A DNA stretch of 64,000 nt from Candidatus Krumholzibacteriia bacterium (lineage in GTDB: Bacteria > Krumholzibacteriota > Krumholzibacteriia > JAJRXK01), in NCBI GenBank assembly GCA_041484665.1, contig JBGPIA010000010.1, positions 64,001 through 128,000 of the forward strand, read 5' to 3'. Position 1 is the first letter of the stretch, and every line of letters starts with the position of its first letter. Of this stretch, positions 19,361-31,764 are shown piece by piece. The position numbers and the translations under genes were made by a program. A model generated the notes under the pieces. It searched no databases and was not told the origin of the DNA. It saw nothing but the letters and a program-made list of their open reading frames with translations.

Positions 19361-20878
19361 ATGAACCTGGTGGAGACCACCACGCCCCAAGGCGCTATCG
19401 CGCCCGACCCCACCCTCACCAACCCGGACATCGCGCCGATCGCGCCGGCCCAGCGCACCTGGAACTGGTGGCACTACTGCTCGTTGTGGATCGGCATGTG
19501 CGTGTGCATCACCACGTACACGCTCGCCTCCGGGCTGATCGACTCTGGCATGTCATGGTCGCAGGCGCTGTGGACGATCTTCCTGGGTAATTGCATCGTG
19601 CTGCTGCCCATGCTGCTCAACGCCCACGCCGGGACGCGTTACGGGATCCCCTTCCCCGTATTCGCCCGGGCCTCGTTCGGCGTGCTGGGCAGCAACGTGC
19701 CGGCGCTGCTGCGCGCGCTGGTGGCGTGCGGCTGGTTCGGAATCCAGACCTGGATCGGCGGCGCGGCGATCTACCAGCTCACGCGCTTGCTGTGGCCGGG
19801 CGTGGCGCACCTGCCCAATGTGGTGCCGGCCTTCGTCGGCATCTCCACGGGGGAGTTCGCCGCCTTCCTGCTCTTCTGGGCCATCAACGTCTGGTTCATC
19901 TGGCACGGGACCGAGTCGATCAAGTGGCTGGAGTCGGTGTCGGCGCCGTTCTTGATCCTGGTGGGGCTCTCGCTCTTGGCCTGGGCCTACGTCAAGGGCG
20001 GCGGCTTTGGGCCGATCCTGGCCCGACCCGCGCGCTTCGCCACCCAGGGTGAGTTCCTGCGGGTGTTCTTCCCATCGCTGACCGCCATGGTCGGCTATTG
20101 GGCCACGCTTTCGCTGAACATCCCCGACTTCACGCGCTACGCGCGCAGCCAGCGCGATCAGATGGTGGGCCAGGCGCTGGGCCTGCCTGCCACCATGACG
20201 CTGTTCGCGTTCATCGGCGTGGCGGTCACTAGCGCGACGGCGATCATCTTCGGGACCGACCACGTGATCTGGGACCCGGTCGAGCTCCTGGGACGCATCG
20301 GCGGGCCGCTGTCGGTGCTGCTGTCGATGCTGGCGCTCTCGGTGGCGACACTCACCACCAACCTCGCGGCAAACGTGGTTTCGCCGGCCAACGACTTCAG
20401 CAATCTGGCGCCGCGTAGGATCTCGTTTCGCACCGGTGGCATGATCACCGCGGCGGTGGGCGTGGTGATCATGCCGTGGAAGCTGCTGCAAACTTCCCAC
20501 GGGTACATCTTCACGTGGCTGATCGGCTACTCGGCGCTGCTGGGACCGGTCGGCGGCATCTTGATCGCCGACTACTTCGTGCTGCGGCGCCAGCATCTGG
20601 TGCTCGCGGATCTCTACCGGCGCGGCGGACAGTACGAATACCGGCGCGGCGTGAACGGCGCGGCGCTGGCAGCGTTGGCGGCCGGCGTGGCACCCAACGT
20701 CCCCGGCTTCTTGAGCCAGGCCTTCCCCGTCCGATTCGGCGGCATCCCGGGCGCGCTCAAAGGGGTCTACTCGTATGCATGGTTCGTCGGGTTCGCCATC
20801 GCAGGGGCCGTATACCTAGCACTGATGGCCCGGCACCGGCGCGAGCTGGCGGCGGCGGCGGCCGCCTCTCATCCCTGA
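19361..20878 (+). CDS. NCS1 nucleobase:cation symporter-1 family transporter
   Basis: YGIPFPVFARASFG, CGWFGIQTWIGG, WATLSLNIPDFTRY, N(L)AANVVSPANDF; SD GGAGG. Confidence 0.93.
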   Translation: MNLVETTTPQGAIAPDPTLTNPDIAPIAPAQRTWNWWHYCSLWIGMCVCITTYTLASGLIDSGMSWSQALWTIFLGNCIVLLPMLLNAHAGTRYGIPFPVFARASFGVLGSNVPALLRALVACGWFGIQTWIGGAAIYQLTRLLWPGVAHLPNVVPAFVGISTGEFAAFLLFWAINVWFIWHGTESIKWLESVSAPFLILVGLSLLAWAYVKGGGFGPILARPARFATQGEFLRVFFPSLTAMVGYWATLSLNIPDFTRYARSQRDQMVGQALGLPATMTLFAFIGVAVTSATAIIFGTDHVIWDPVELLGRIGGPLSVLLSMLALSVATLTTNLAANVVSPANDFSNLAPRRISFRTGGMITAAVGVVIMPWKLLQTSHGYIFTWLIGYSALLGPVGGILIADYFVLRRQHLVLADLYRRGGQYEYRRGVNGAALAALAAGVAPNVPGFLSQAFPVRFGGIPGALKGVYSYAWFVGFAIAGAVYLALMARHRRELAAAAAASHP

Positions 20879-21438
20879 GCGGGCGGCCCCTGGCCCGTGA
20901 CCCGAGCACGGGGCGCCGCGCCCGCCCAAAGCGCCTGCTCCTCCACGCGGATGCGCGCGCGCAGCACCAGCGCGTTCGCGGTTCCCAGCACGAGCGCCGT
21001 CAGCCACGCGGTGTGGATCAGCGGCAGCGCGGGGACCTCCAGCAGGACGGCGGCGTAGTTCGGGTGGCGTAGCCACCGGTAGGGCCCGTGGCGCACTAAC
21101 GGAACACCGGGGAGCACGAGCACACCCAGCGTCCAGCGCTCGCGCAGTGTGGCGATCACCCAGTAGCGCACCGCCATGGTGCAAGTCAGAGCCACAAGCC
21201 CCGCAGCAGCGAGCCACGGCAGCAACGGCCGGCGCAGCAGCCAGACCTCCGCGGGGCAGGCCACCAGCCACGCCGTGTGCAGGCCGACGATCCACGCGAG
21301 CTGCCCGCTGCCGGCGCAAAGCGCTCCGCGCGCGCGCAACCAGCGCTCGTGGCGCAGCGATACCGCCACCTCCAGCACGCGCTCGGCGGCAACGACAGCG
21401 ACCAGGATGGTGTAGAGCATCCGCGTGTCGGTGATCAC
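20869..21438 (-). CDS. Isoprenylcysteine carboxylmethyltransferase-family protein (SrsB/BpsB-like)
   Basis: ERVLE, GPYRWLRHPNY, RIRVEEQAL; directly downstream of a type III PKS. Confidence 0.85.
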   Translation of the reverse strand: MITDTRMLYTILVAVVAAERVLEVAVSLRHERWLRARGALCAGSGQLAWIVGLHTAWLVACPAEVWLLRRPLLPWLAAAGLVALTCTMAVRYWVIATLRERWTLGVLVLPGVPLVRHGPYRWLRHPNYAAVLLEVPALPLIHTAWLTALVLGTANALVLRARIRVEEQALWAGAAPRARVTGQGPPAQG

Positions 21439-21525
21439 GATGGGCTCACGTTCGTGCGAGGCGCTGGTCGTGCCACGGGCACGATCCGCCGTAGCGCGGC
21501 TCGCGCCTTCGCAGCCCCGGCGCGG

Positions 21526-22626
21526 CTACCACTGCAGCAGCAGCAGCTCGGTACAGAAGCCCGGGCCCATGGCCAGGAGCACGCCGAGGCTGCCCGGCGG
21601 CGGCCGGCGCTGGTCGATCGTGTCGCCGAGCACGAGCAGCACGGAGGCCGACGACATGTTGCCCATCTGTCGCAGGCTCTCCCAGGCCAGACCCAGCTCG
21701 CCCTGTGTCAGCTCCAGGGCCTCCTCGACCGCCTCCAGCACCCGCGGCCCGCCCGGATGGCAGACCCAGCTCGCAATGTCGCGACGGCTCAGCCCCTGCT
21801 CGGCCAGGAATGTCTCCACGTCGCTGCGCAGGCACTCGCGAGCGATCTCGGGGATCCTGGGCGACAGCAGGATCTGGAATCCGCGCTCGGAGATCCGCCA
21901 GCCCATCAGGTGCTCGGAATCGGGGTAGAACACGCTGCGCGTGGCGAGGATGCGAGGGCCGCCGTTGGCTCGGGCATCGGCGTGGGCGTTCGCGCGCTCG
22001 GCCTGCTCCGCGCGCTCGGCGCGCTCGGCGCCCAGCAGCACGACCGCCGCGGCGCCATCGCCGAAGAGCCCGGTCGCGATCAGATTCGCCACCGACAGGT
22101 CGTCCTTCTGCACGGTGAGCGAGCACAGCTCGACGGACAGCGCGATCGCAACGCCGCCGGGATGGCCATGCAGGTAATCGGCGGCGCGCGCCAGGGCGGC
22201 CGCCCCTCCGGCACACCCCAGCCCGAACAGCGGCGTGCGCTTGACGCGCGCCGGCAGGCCCAAGCGATTCATGAGGCGGGCGTCCAGCGAGGGCGTGGCC
22301 AGCCCGGTGACCGTGACGAAGACGAAGGCGTCCGCATCGGACAGCGGCACGCCGGCGCGGGTGAAGGCGTCGCGCACGGCAGCCTCCCCCACCTGCTGGG
22401 CGACGCGGATCCATGCGTCGTTGGCCTGTCCGAACGTCTGCAGCTGGTCGTACTCGGCGAGCGGGAGCGCGAGGTAGCGCCCGCCCACCAAGACCTTCTG
22501 GTGCAGCGACTCCAAGCGGTCCAGCGGCACGCCGCCCCGCGCCCAGATGCGGCGCAGCTCGGTGGCGAGCTCGTGCTGGCCGTAATAATGGGGAGGGAAG
22601 GCCCGGCCAACCGCGGCGATCTTCAC
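21526..22626 (-). CDS. Type III polyketide synthase (chalcone synthase-like)
   Basis: Catalytic triad in GLGCAGG, CHPGG and GNMSSAS; FGDGAAA; MGPGF. Confidence 0.93.
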   Translation of the reverse strand: MKIAAVGRAFPPHYYGQHELATELRRIWARGGVPLDRLESLHQKVLVGGRYLALPLAEYDQLQTFGQANDAWIRVAQQVGEAAVRDAFTRAGVPLSDADAFVFVTVTGLATPSLDARLMNRLGLPARVKRTPLFGLGCAGGAAALARAADYLHGHPGGVAIALSVELCSLTVQKDDLSVANLIATGLFGDGAAAVVLLGAERAERAEQAERANAHADARANGGPRILATRSVFYPDSEHLMGWRISERGFQILLSPRIPEIARECLRSDVETFLAEQGLSRRDIASWVCHPGGPRVLEAVEEALELTQGELGLAWESLRQMGNMSSASVLLVLGDTIDQRRPPPGSLGVLLAMGPGFCTELLLLQW

Positions 22627-22695
22627 GGCGGATCCTCGCGTCTGGGGGAGGCGGGCCCTGGTGCGCCCGTGCGCGGCGCACTGGGCCGGCCAGCA

Positions 22696-22758
22696 TCCAC
22701 CCGTACCGACGGCCCGCCAGCGCCAGCGCCCACCCGTGCCGACGGCCGCCCGCCAGCA
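22696..22758. repeat. Imperfect intergenic direct repeat (CCACCCGTRCCGACGGCC...CCGCCAGC, two copies)
   Basis: Direct inspection between the PKS and PAP2 genes. Confidence 0.55.
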
Positions 22759-22936
22759 CCCGCCGGCTCTGGCCAGCGCGGGCAGAAGCCAGCCAGCGGC
22801 GGGTTCTCATGGCGAAGGCGCCGCGCTATCTTTGCCCGCAAGCATCGTAACGTCGCCCCGGTACGGGCGCCACCAGCGCGGCGCCGCCCGGTGCCACGCT
22901 GCGCCGCGTCGCTTCCCCGCGACTTTGAGGCGATCC

Positions 22937-23853
22937 GTGCCCGCGACCATCCTCGAGAGCATCCACGGCGAGGTGTTGCTGCGCGCCTGCGCCACCCACG
23001 CGGGCGACCCGCTGTGGCTGGCGTTCTGGAAGGCCGTCAGCTTCCTGGGCCAGCCCACGTTCTTCACCATCGCCCTGCCCGTGCTGTACGCGCTCTGCTC
23101 GCGCGCGTGGGCCAGCCGTTTCGCCGTGGGGTTTCTCACCTCGGCCTTCGTCAGCGAATGGATGAAGGCGCTGGTGGCGCGGCCGCGTCTCGACCTCCTG
23201 CGCTTCGGGTTGGCCGGGCCGCTGGAGAGCGGCGGTGCCGTCGACAGTTTCGCCTTCCCCAGCGGACACGTGGTGACCGGCATAGTGGTCTGGGGATGGA
23301 TCGCGCTGCGCTCGCCGTCGCGCTTGGTGCGCGCGGCCTGCATCGCGCTCATCGTGCTGCTGGCGGCGAGCCGGGTGGCGCTGTTGCGCCACGACCTGCT
23401 CGACGTGGCGGGCGGGCTGGCCGTGGGAGCGGCGGTGCTCGCGGCGCTGGCCGCCTTCGACCGCCGCCTGGTGCAGCGTTTGGCCGGGCTGCCGTGGGTC
23501 GAGCTGGCCGGTCTGTGGCTGGTGGTGGGCATCGCCGCACAGGCAGCAGCGCAGCTGCGCACGACGGCGATCGTGCTCGGCGGGCTGTGGGGGGTGGGCG
23601 CGGGAGCGGCCTGGTCGGCGGAGCGCGGGCTGGCCGACGCGCCGCCGTCTGCATTGCGCGCGCTGCTCGCGGCGGCGGTGTCGGTGCTGGTGGTGGGAGG
23701 CATCCGGGCAGCGGCGCAGCGCTGGGCACTCGACAGCGCGCCCGGGCTGTTCCTGCTGTTCGGCCTGGCGGGGATCTGGATCGGTGCGCTGGAGCAGCGC
23801 TGGGGCTCGCGCCGCCCCGGGCGCGCCGGTCAGCCCGGCGCCGGACGGACGAC

Positions 23854-23857
<4 letters not shown>
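22937..23857 (+). CDS. PAP2-family membrane phosphatase
   Basis: [26 protein letters not shown]; multiple TM helices. Confidence 0.85.
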
Positions 23858-26184
<2,327 letters not shown>

Positions 26185-26511
26185 GAGTGCGATCCTCCCG
26201 GGTCGCCCACGGGCGGTGCGAGGAGACGCGGCGCGCCGGAGCTACCCGCCGCGACCGATCCAGCACCCACGAGCGCCTTCTGTGGTATCGGCACCCGCCG
26301 GGGGCAGCTTGATCCGAAGCCCAAAGGTAGCGAGGGACATGCCGGGGCACAGCCGATACCGCAACTGGTTATGGAACAATGGATTGAGTTCGCAGGGGTG
26401 GCAGTACGACGGACGCCGCCGGGCGCGCGGCCCGGCCGCTCACGGCCTGCGGACGGCAACCTGCGGCCGGCCCGCAGCAAAGCCTCGCCGGGGTGCCCAG
26501 GCGGCGGCGCC

Positions 26512-27483
26512 TCAACTGCGCGCCACCACTCCGATCACGTTGGGCACGGGCCAGAAGATCCCGGGGCCGCCACCCGGCTCCGCCTCTTCTCCCTCGCGCC
26601 GGCCGACCTCTTCCAGGCGATGCTGGCCGACCGCCAGATACAGGCAGGCTTGCCGCCCGCCCTCGACGAAGATCGCGCTCGCAAGCGCCAGATCGTCGCT
26701 GGCCAGGCGGGCGTTGAACTCGCGTACCCCCAGCGGCGTCGCGCAGTGCACGAAGACGACCCACCCGCGCCGATCCACCGCGACCGCGGAGATGCCGTAG
26801 CGCTTCTCATCCTTCCAGGTCATGGGCTTGCCGGCGCAGTCGAGCAAGCGATAGCTCTGCACGATCGTGGCATACGACGCGCGCAGGTCGGCCAGATCGA
26901 AGCCGGCGCAATCGCGGCCGCAGATGCGCACGGCGGGCAGGCCGTCACGCTGCGGATGGAACGCCAGGAAACCGCCAAAGCGCCGGTTGTCGCGGCCATT
27001 GTTGACCACATCGCCGTCGACCATCAGTCCAGCGCTGCGCTGGTCGGGCAGATACAGCGAGGCGTTGATCACGGCCGTGAGTTGGAAGGCGCGTGCCCAC
27101 TGCGGCGCGCTGCGGCTGCCCCCGTGGGTGTGGGCGGTGAGCAGGCGCAGGTCCCAGCGCGCGGGGTCGATGCGCAGGAGCGTGATCAGCGTGTCATCGG
27201 GGGCTTGCGCGGGCGACGTGCCGCTGCCCGCGCCCAAGGAGAATGCGACGCGCTCGACCACCAGGCCCGGCGCGACTTCGGTGTGTCCCGGCGTGCGGGC
27301 GACCTCGCCCTGCAGGCGCCCGGTGGGACGCCGGTCATCGCGCGATGCGCGCTCCTCGCGAGCCCTGGCCGCCTGTGTCCCGCCCACCGCGCCACGGTTG
27401 CACCCGGCCGCGGACGCCACCGCGGTAGCACCGGCGCACGCCAGCACGAGAACCCCCGGCCACCGATGTGTGCGAGCACCCAT
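26512..27483 (-). CDS. Phosphodiester glycosidase (NAGPA/DUF2233)-like exported protein
   Basis: Signal/lipobox-like AAGC; LLRIDP, AVINASLY, AIFVEGG, WPVPNVIGV. Confidence 0.7.
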   Translation of the reverse strand: MGARTHRWPGVLVLACAGATAVASAAGCNRGAVGGTQAARAREERASRDDRRPTGRLQGEVARTPGHTEVAPGLVVERVAFSLGAGSGTSPAQAPDDTLITLLRIDPARWDLRLLTAHTHGGSRSAPQWARAFQLTAVINASLYLPDQRSAGLMVDGDVVNNGRDNRRFGGFLAFHPQRDGLPAVRICGRDCAGFDLADLRASYATIVQSYRLLDCAGKPMTWKDEKRYGISAVAVDRRGWVVFVHCATPLGVREFNARLASDDLALASAIFVEGGRQACLYLAVGQHRLEEVGRREGEEAEPGGGPGIFWPVPNVIGVVARS

Positions 27484-27534
27484 GCATCATCCGATCGGCC
27501 AGGGTCAGCCGCCCGACCGCGGGGTCCGAAGTCA

Positions 27535-28932
27535 TCATGCGCCGGGGCGTCCGCCGTACCCCGGCTTGCCCAGCAGACGGAAGAGGTTCGTCTTGTACGC
27601 CTCCACCCCCGGCTGGTCGAAGGGGTTCACCCCGAGCAGCCGGCCGCTCACGGCCACGGCGTACTCGAAGAAATACAGCAGGCTGCCCAACGCCGCTTCT
27701 TCCAGCGCCGGCAGGGTCACCGTCATGCTCGGCACGCCACCGTCACCGTGCGCCTGCGCGACCGCCGCCAGCGCCTGGGCGTTCACCGCACCCACCGGGC
27801 GGCCCGCCAGGTACTCCAGCCCGTCGAGATCCTCGCCCTGCGCCGGGATCGCCGGCCCCTCGGGCGCGCCTCGCACCTCCAGGAACGTCTCCAGCAGGAA
27901 ACGGCGACCTTCCTGCATGTACTGGCCCATCGAGTGCAGGTCGGTCGTGAAATCGAGCGCTGCCGGGAACAGCCCGCGCCCGCGCTTGCCCTCGCTCTCG
28001 CCGAAGAGCTGCTTCCACCACTCCGCGACGTAGTGCAGGGACGGGTGGAAGCTCGCCAGCACCTCGACCGCGAAACCCTGGAGCGACAGCACATAGCGAG
28101 CGGCAGCGTAGCGCACCGCGGGGATCGCAGTGACATCCGCCACATTCGCCGGGTCGGCTCCCGCGCAGCGCTGCGCCTCGGCCGCCGCGCCCGCGAGCAG
28201 CGCGTCCACGTCGACCCCCGCCACAGCCAACGGCAACAGCCCCACCGGTGTGAGCACCGAGAAGCGGCCACCCACGTCGTCGGGCACGATGAACGTCTCG
28301 TAGCCCATGCGTCCCGCGAGGGTGCGCAGCGCGCCTTTGCGCGCGTCGGTCGTGGCCACGATGCGCCCGCGGGCCTTCTGCGGGCCGTACTGCTCTTCCA
28401 GCGCGCGGCGCAGCAGGCGGAAGGCCACCGCCGGCTCGGTGGTCGTGCCGCTCTTGGAGATGACGTTCACCGCGACCTCGCGGCCGCGCAGGCCCTCGAG
28501 CAGGTCGTGGTAATAGCTGCCCTCGAGATGATGGCCCGCCCACACGACGCGCGGGCCCAGTGGCCGCTTGGCGCGCTTGGCGTCGTAGTCGAGGCGGTGT
28601 TGGCTCGCCTCGAGCACTGCGCGGGCACCGAGGTAGCTGCCGCCGATGCCGATCACGACCAGCGTATCGATCTCCCCGCGCAGGCGGCGGGCGCACTCCA
28701 GCAGCCGGCGGTGCTCGTCCTGTTGCTCGCGGGCGCGGTGGTGCGGCAGATCGATCCAGCCCAGCGCATCGGCGCCGGGGCCGGCCCGCTGCCGCAGGCT
28801 CGCGATCGCCGCCGCCAGAGCCGGCTGCAGCGCCGCGAGATCGCCGGGCCGCAATGCCCCACCCAGGCGCTCGGTGGAAAGGCGGATCAGTGAACTGTCG
28901 GCCAAGCTGGCCTTGCTTCTCGGATCAGCCAC
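27535..28932 (-). CDS. pgi: Glucose-6-phosphate isomerase
   Basis: GIGGSYLG, SKSGTTTE, DDVGGRFSVLT, QLFGESEGK, DLHSMGQ, NPFDQPGVEAYK. Confidence 0.95.
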   Translation of the reverse strand: MADPRSKASLADSSLIRLSTERLGGALRPGDLAALQPALAAAIASLRQRAGPGADALGWIDLPHHRAREQQDEHRRLLECARRLRGEIDTLVVIGIGGSYLGARAVLEASQHRLDYDAKRAKRPLGPRVVWAGHHLEGSYYHDLLEGLRGREVAVNVISKSGTTTEPAVAFRLLRRALEEQYGPQKARGRIVATTDARKGALRTLAGRMGYETFIVPDDVGGRFSVLTPVGLLPLAVAGVDVDALLAGAAAEAQRCAGADPANVADVTAIPAVRYAAARYVLSLQGFAVEVLASFHPSLHYVAEWWKQLFGESEGKRGRGLFPAALDFTTDLHSMGQYMQEGRRFLLETFLEVRGAPEGPAIPAQGEDLDGLEYLAGRPVGAVNAQALAAVAQAHGDGGVPSMTVTLPALEEAALGSLLYFFEYAVAVSGRLLGVNPFDQPGVEAYKTNLFRLLGKPGYGGRPGA

Positions 28933-29707
28933 GATCGGCCTCCCTGCAGGGTTTCCCCGAGCGCGCGTCGGCGGCCGCCTGCGCCGCGACCTGCGCAAGC
29001 GCTGCCACCCAGGCGTGGAGCTGGTGCTCGACCGCGCGCCGTAAACGGCCGGGGGTCCATCGTACGCCAACGCCGGTCAGCGATTCCCGTGCGCGGATCT
29101 CGCAGCGTCCGGGAAGCTCCACGGCGGCGGCGCCCGCGCCGGTCGCGGCACCGGCAGCGCCCGCGGCATCGGCAGCGGTCGCGGCACCGGCAGCGCCCGT
29201 GCCGGTCGCGGTGGTCGCGCCGGTCGCGGTGGTCGCGGTGGTCGCGGCAGTCGCGCCTTCCGCGATCAACGGCCAGAGCTCCCAGACGTGCGACGCTGCG
29301 ATGCCCGGCGCCCGAGCATCCCATGCCAGCCGCCACGGCGGCTGGATCGTGCGCAGCGTGGAGACGACGGGGAGGCCCGCACAAATCCAGCGGAAGCGCG
29401 CGCCGACGAGGAATGCGCCCTCCAGATCCGCCCGGCGCACGCGCGGGACCCACTGTGGCCAGCGCGGTATGTCGGTCAGCAGCTCCCAAACGAGCTGGGC
29501 GGGCGAGTCGATGACGGCCGCCGCCTGTGCGACGATGGGAGCGGAACGGTCGATGTCGAAGCACGGGCGAGCCAGCTCGCGGGACGCCTGGACGCTGGCG
29601 GGCGGCGGCTGCTGCGATTCGAGGGAGGGACGCGCGCTGCCGGCAACGGACGCTGGCGCCGCGCGCCCGGGGGCGGGCGCTGCGGCGAGCGAGCCGCGAT
29701 CGCTCAC
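28925..29707 (-). CDS. SRPBCC (polyketide cyclase/START-like) family protein
   Basis: IDSPAQLVWELLTDIPRWPQW, GARFRW, RLAW; contains an Ala/Thr insertion. Confidence 0.7.
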   Translation of the reverse strand: MSDRGSLAAAPAPGRAAPASVAGSARPSLESQQPPPASVQASRELARPCFDIDRSAPIVAQAAAVIDSPAQLVWELLTDIPRWPQWVPRVRRADLEGAFLVGARFRWICAGLPVVSTLRTIQPPWRLAWDARAPGIAASHVWELWPLIAEGATAATTATTATGATTATGTGAAGAATAADAAGAAGAATGAGAAAVELPGRCEIRARESLTGVGVRWTPGRLRRAVEHQLHAWVAALAQVAAQAAADARSGKPCREADRG

Positions 29708-30501
29708 ACCTGCGTGCCCTGCGGCATGGCGACGTCCGCAGGCCCTTGCTCGGTGAACATGCGCAGCGCGCGCTGCAGCACCTCGCGCTGCTCGGCCGCC
29801 TGTCCCGGTGCGCCGAACAGCGCACCCTCTTGGCCGCCCGTGGCGAGGATGCGCGGCGCGCGCACCGCGCGCACGACCTCACGGAACACGCTCGGGACGA
29901 CCGTGGCGATTCCCGAGCCCTCCAGCATGCGCGCCAGCAGCGCCGCCGTCTGATGGTCGAGGCGCCGCGCGGGAAGGATCAACGCCGCCGTGGCGCCCTG
30001 GCGCTCCACTTCGCGCAGGACGGCAGGGGCGAGCTCCTCGACGACTTTGCAGGCATCAAGAATGCGGCCGTGCAGTGAGATGACCTCCGGAGCCGCCTCC
30101 TCGAAAATCCCCGCGCCGATCATGTCGTCGAGGTGGTAGAGCGGCAGGAGCACCTGTGGGTCGCGGTCAGCCGGCGGGTCGGTGCCCAGCGACGGCGTGA
30201 ACGCGACATCGGACAGATCGACCTCGGCGGGAATCGTGCGCAGCGACAGGTCGCGGCCCGACTCCTCGAACGGCGGCTGCTCCCCCGGGAGATAGGCGCC
30301 GGCCGTGGTGACAACGGCCAGGCGCGTCAGCAGCAGTTGGCGAGGCTGGGCGCAGGGGCAGTTCTCGTTGCGCACGAAGGGATAGCTTTCGAGCGCTTCG
30401 GCCCAGCGGCTGCCGGCGGTCGCCATCCAGGTGCGCAAACGCTCCATCCACGCGGCGGGGTTCTCGAGGATCGCGGGTTGCTGGAGGGGATGGGCCTGCA
30501 T
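29704..30501 (-). CDS. Glycine/betaine/proline reductase selenoprotein B (GrdB/PrdB)-like protein lacking UxxC
   Basis: RLAVVTTAG, DLSLRTIP, DRDPQVLLPL, HQTAALLARMLEGSGIATV, PR, GAPG...QREVL. Confidence 0.75.
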   Translation of the reverse strand: MQAHPLQQPAILENPAAWMERLRTWMATAGSRWAEALESYPFVRNENCPCAQPRQLLLTRLAVVTTAGAYLPGEQPPFEESGRDLSLRTIPAEVDLSDVAFTPSLGTDPPADRDPQVLLPLYHLDDMIGAGIFEEAAPEVISLHGRILDACKVVEELAPAVLREVERQGATAALILPARRLDHQTAALLARMLEGSGIATVVPSVFREVVRAVRAPRILATGGQEGALFGAPGQAAEQREVLQRALRMFTEQGPADVAMPQGTQV

Positions 30502-30725
30502 CGCTGTCTGATTGTAGCGATTCACGGCGATGCGATCCAGGGCGTTGTTGGGCTGCGGCCGCCGGCGGTGGGCAGGCCAACCTGTTGGAGGGAGCCTGGT
30601 TGCGGAGGCAGCCGGGCGCTCGGTCGGCCCCGCGGAGCGCTTCTCTTGGCACTCGCCGCGAGCGACCGCTCGGGACCCTTCAGCGCTGCTGCATCCAGGC
30701 GAGCGCGGGCCTCCAGGGAACGATG

Positions 30726-31655
30726 TCAGCTTGCGCCGTCGTTTCCCGGTGGCACCGGCCGCAGCCGCCCGCGCAGCGCGGCAGCGACGCCTCCGAGGAT
30801 GAACGTCGCCGACACCACCAGTCGCAGGGTCACGTGCTCGCCGAGGAACGCGACCCCGCCCAGAGCAGCAAGCACCGGAACGGCGAGTTGCACCGTGGCG
30901 GCGCGCGTGGCGGTGAGCCCGGGCAGGGCCGCGTACCAAATCGCATAGCCGAGCCCCGACGTCACCGCTCCCGAGAGCACGGCCAGCAGCGCTCCCCGCG
31001 GCGAGACGTGGAGAGCGCGCAGGCAGAGCAGGCTCACGGCCAGCGCCAACGGCGCGGCGCGCGCGAAGTTTCCCGCAGTGATCGCCAGCGGCCGGCCGGC
31101 CCCACGGCCCCGCAGCGAGTAGACGCCCCACGCCATGCCTGCGACCGCCATCAACAGCGAGCCGGCGGGCGCCGGCGCGCGCAGACCGGGCAAGACGAGC
31201 ACGATGAGTCCGGCAATCGCGATGATCAGCCCCCACCACTCGAGCCGGTGAGGGCGCTCGCCGCCGCGTAACCCGACCGCGATCATGGTGGCCTGCACCG
31301 CCCCGAACAGAATGAGCGCGCCCGTCCCCGCGCTCAGGCTGAGGTAGGCGAATGCGAAGGGCACCGCGTACAGGAAGAGCGCCGCAGCGGAGCGCCAGCT
31401 TCCCGCGGGGCGGACGCGTCGCGCAGGGCCGGCGGTGCGTTCGTCGTCGGGGGCAGGGCCACGGCCGTCGCGGCGGTCACCGCGGCCGCGGCTGACCAGC
31501 GCGAGCAGCGAGAGCAACGCCAGCGCACCGGATGCGAGGCGGATGGTGGCGAAGCTCGCCGCATCGATCGCCCGGCCGCCCAGCGCCAGCCGACACAGGA
31601 CCGAGTTGGCGGCAAACGCCACGAGTGCAGAGAGGGTGAGCAGGACGGTACGCAT
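30726..31655 (-). CDS. DMT/EamA-family transporter
   Basis: AFAANSVLCRLAL, GALILFGAVQ, GLGYAIWY, FLGE; about 10 TM helices. Confidence 0.9.
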   Translation of the reverse strand: MRTVLLTLSALVAFAANSVLCRLALGGRAIDAASFATIRLASGALALLSLLALVSRGRGDRRDGRGPAPDDERTAGPARRVRPAGSWRSAAALFLYAVPFAFAYLSLSAGTGALILFGAVQATMIAVGLRGGERPHRLEWWGLIIAIAGLIVLVLPGLRAPAPAGSLLMAVAGMAWGVYSLRGRGAGRPLAITAGNFARAAPLALAVSLLCLRALHVSPRGALLAVLSGAVTSGLGYAIWYAALPGLTATRAATVQLAVPVLAALGGVAFLGEHVTLRLVVSATFILGGVAAALRGRLRPVPPGNDGAS

Positions 31656-31764
31656 CGTTGGGCGCCAACCGGCTTACGCGTTGGTGGGCCAGCTCTCGTC
31701 GAGAGCCGGCCTTCCACCTCCACAACCGGCTCGTGCGCGGATCACAGCGGGGGAAGCCCGGCAA

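Noticed and set aside
16279..19458. 1059-aa phosphomutase fusion; similar N-terminal extensions at 6666, 58816, 58301 and 31239
   Set aside because: Extensions overlap other genuine genes; internal starts with SD, stop-start overlap or a -10 box explain the data.
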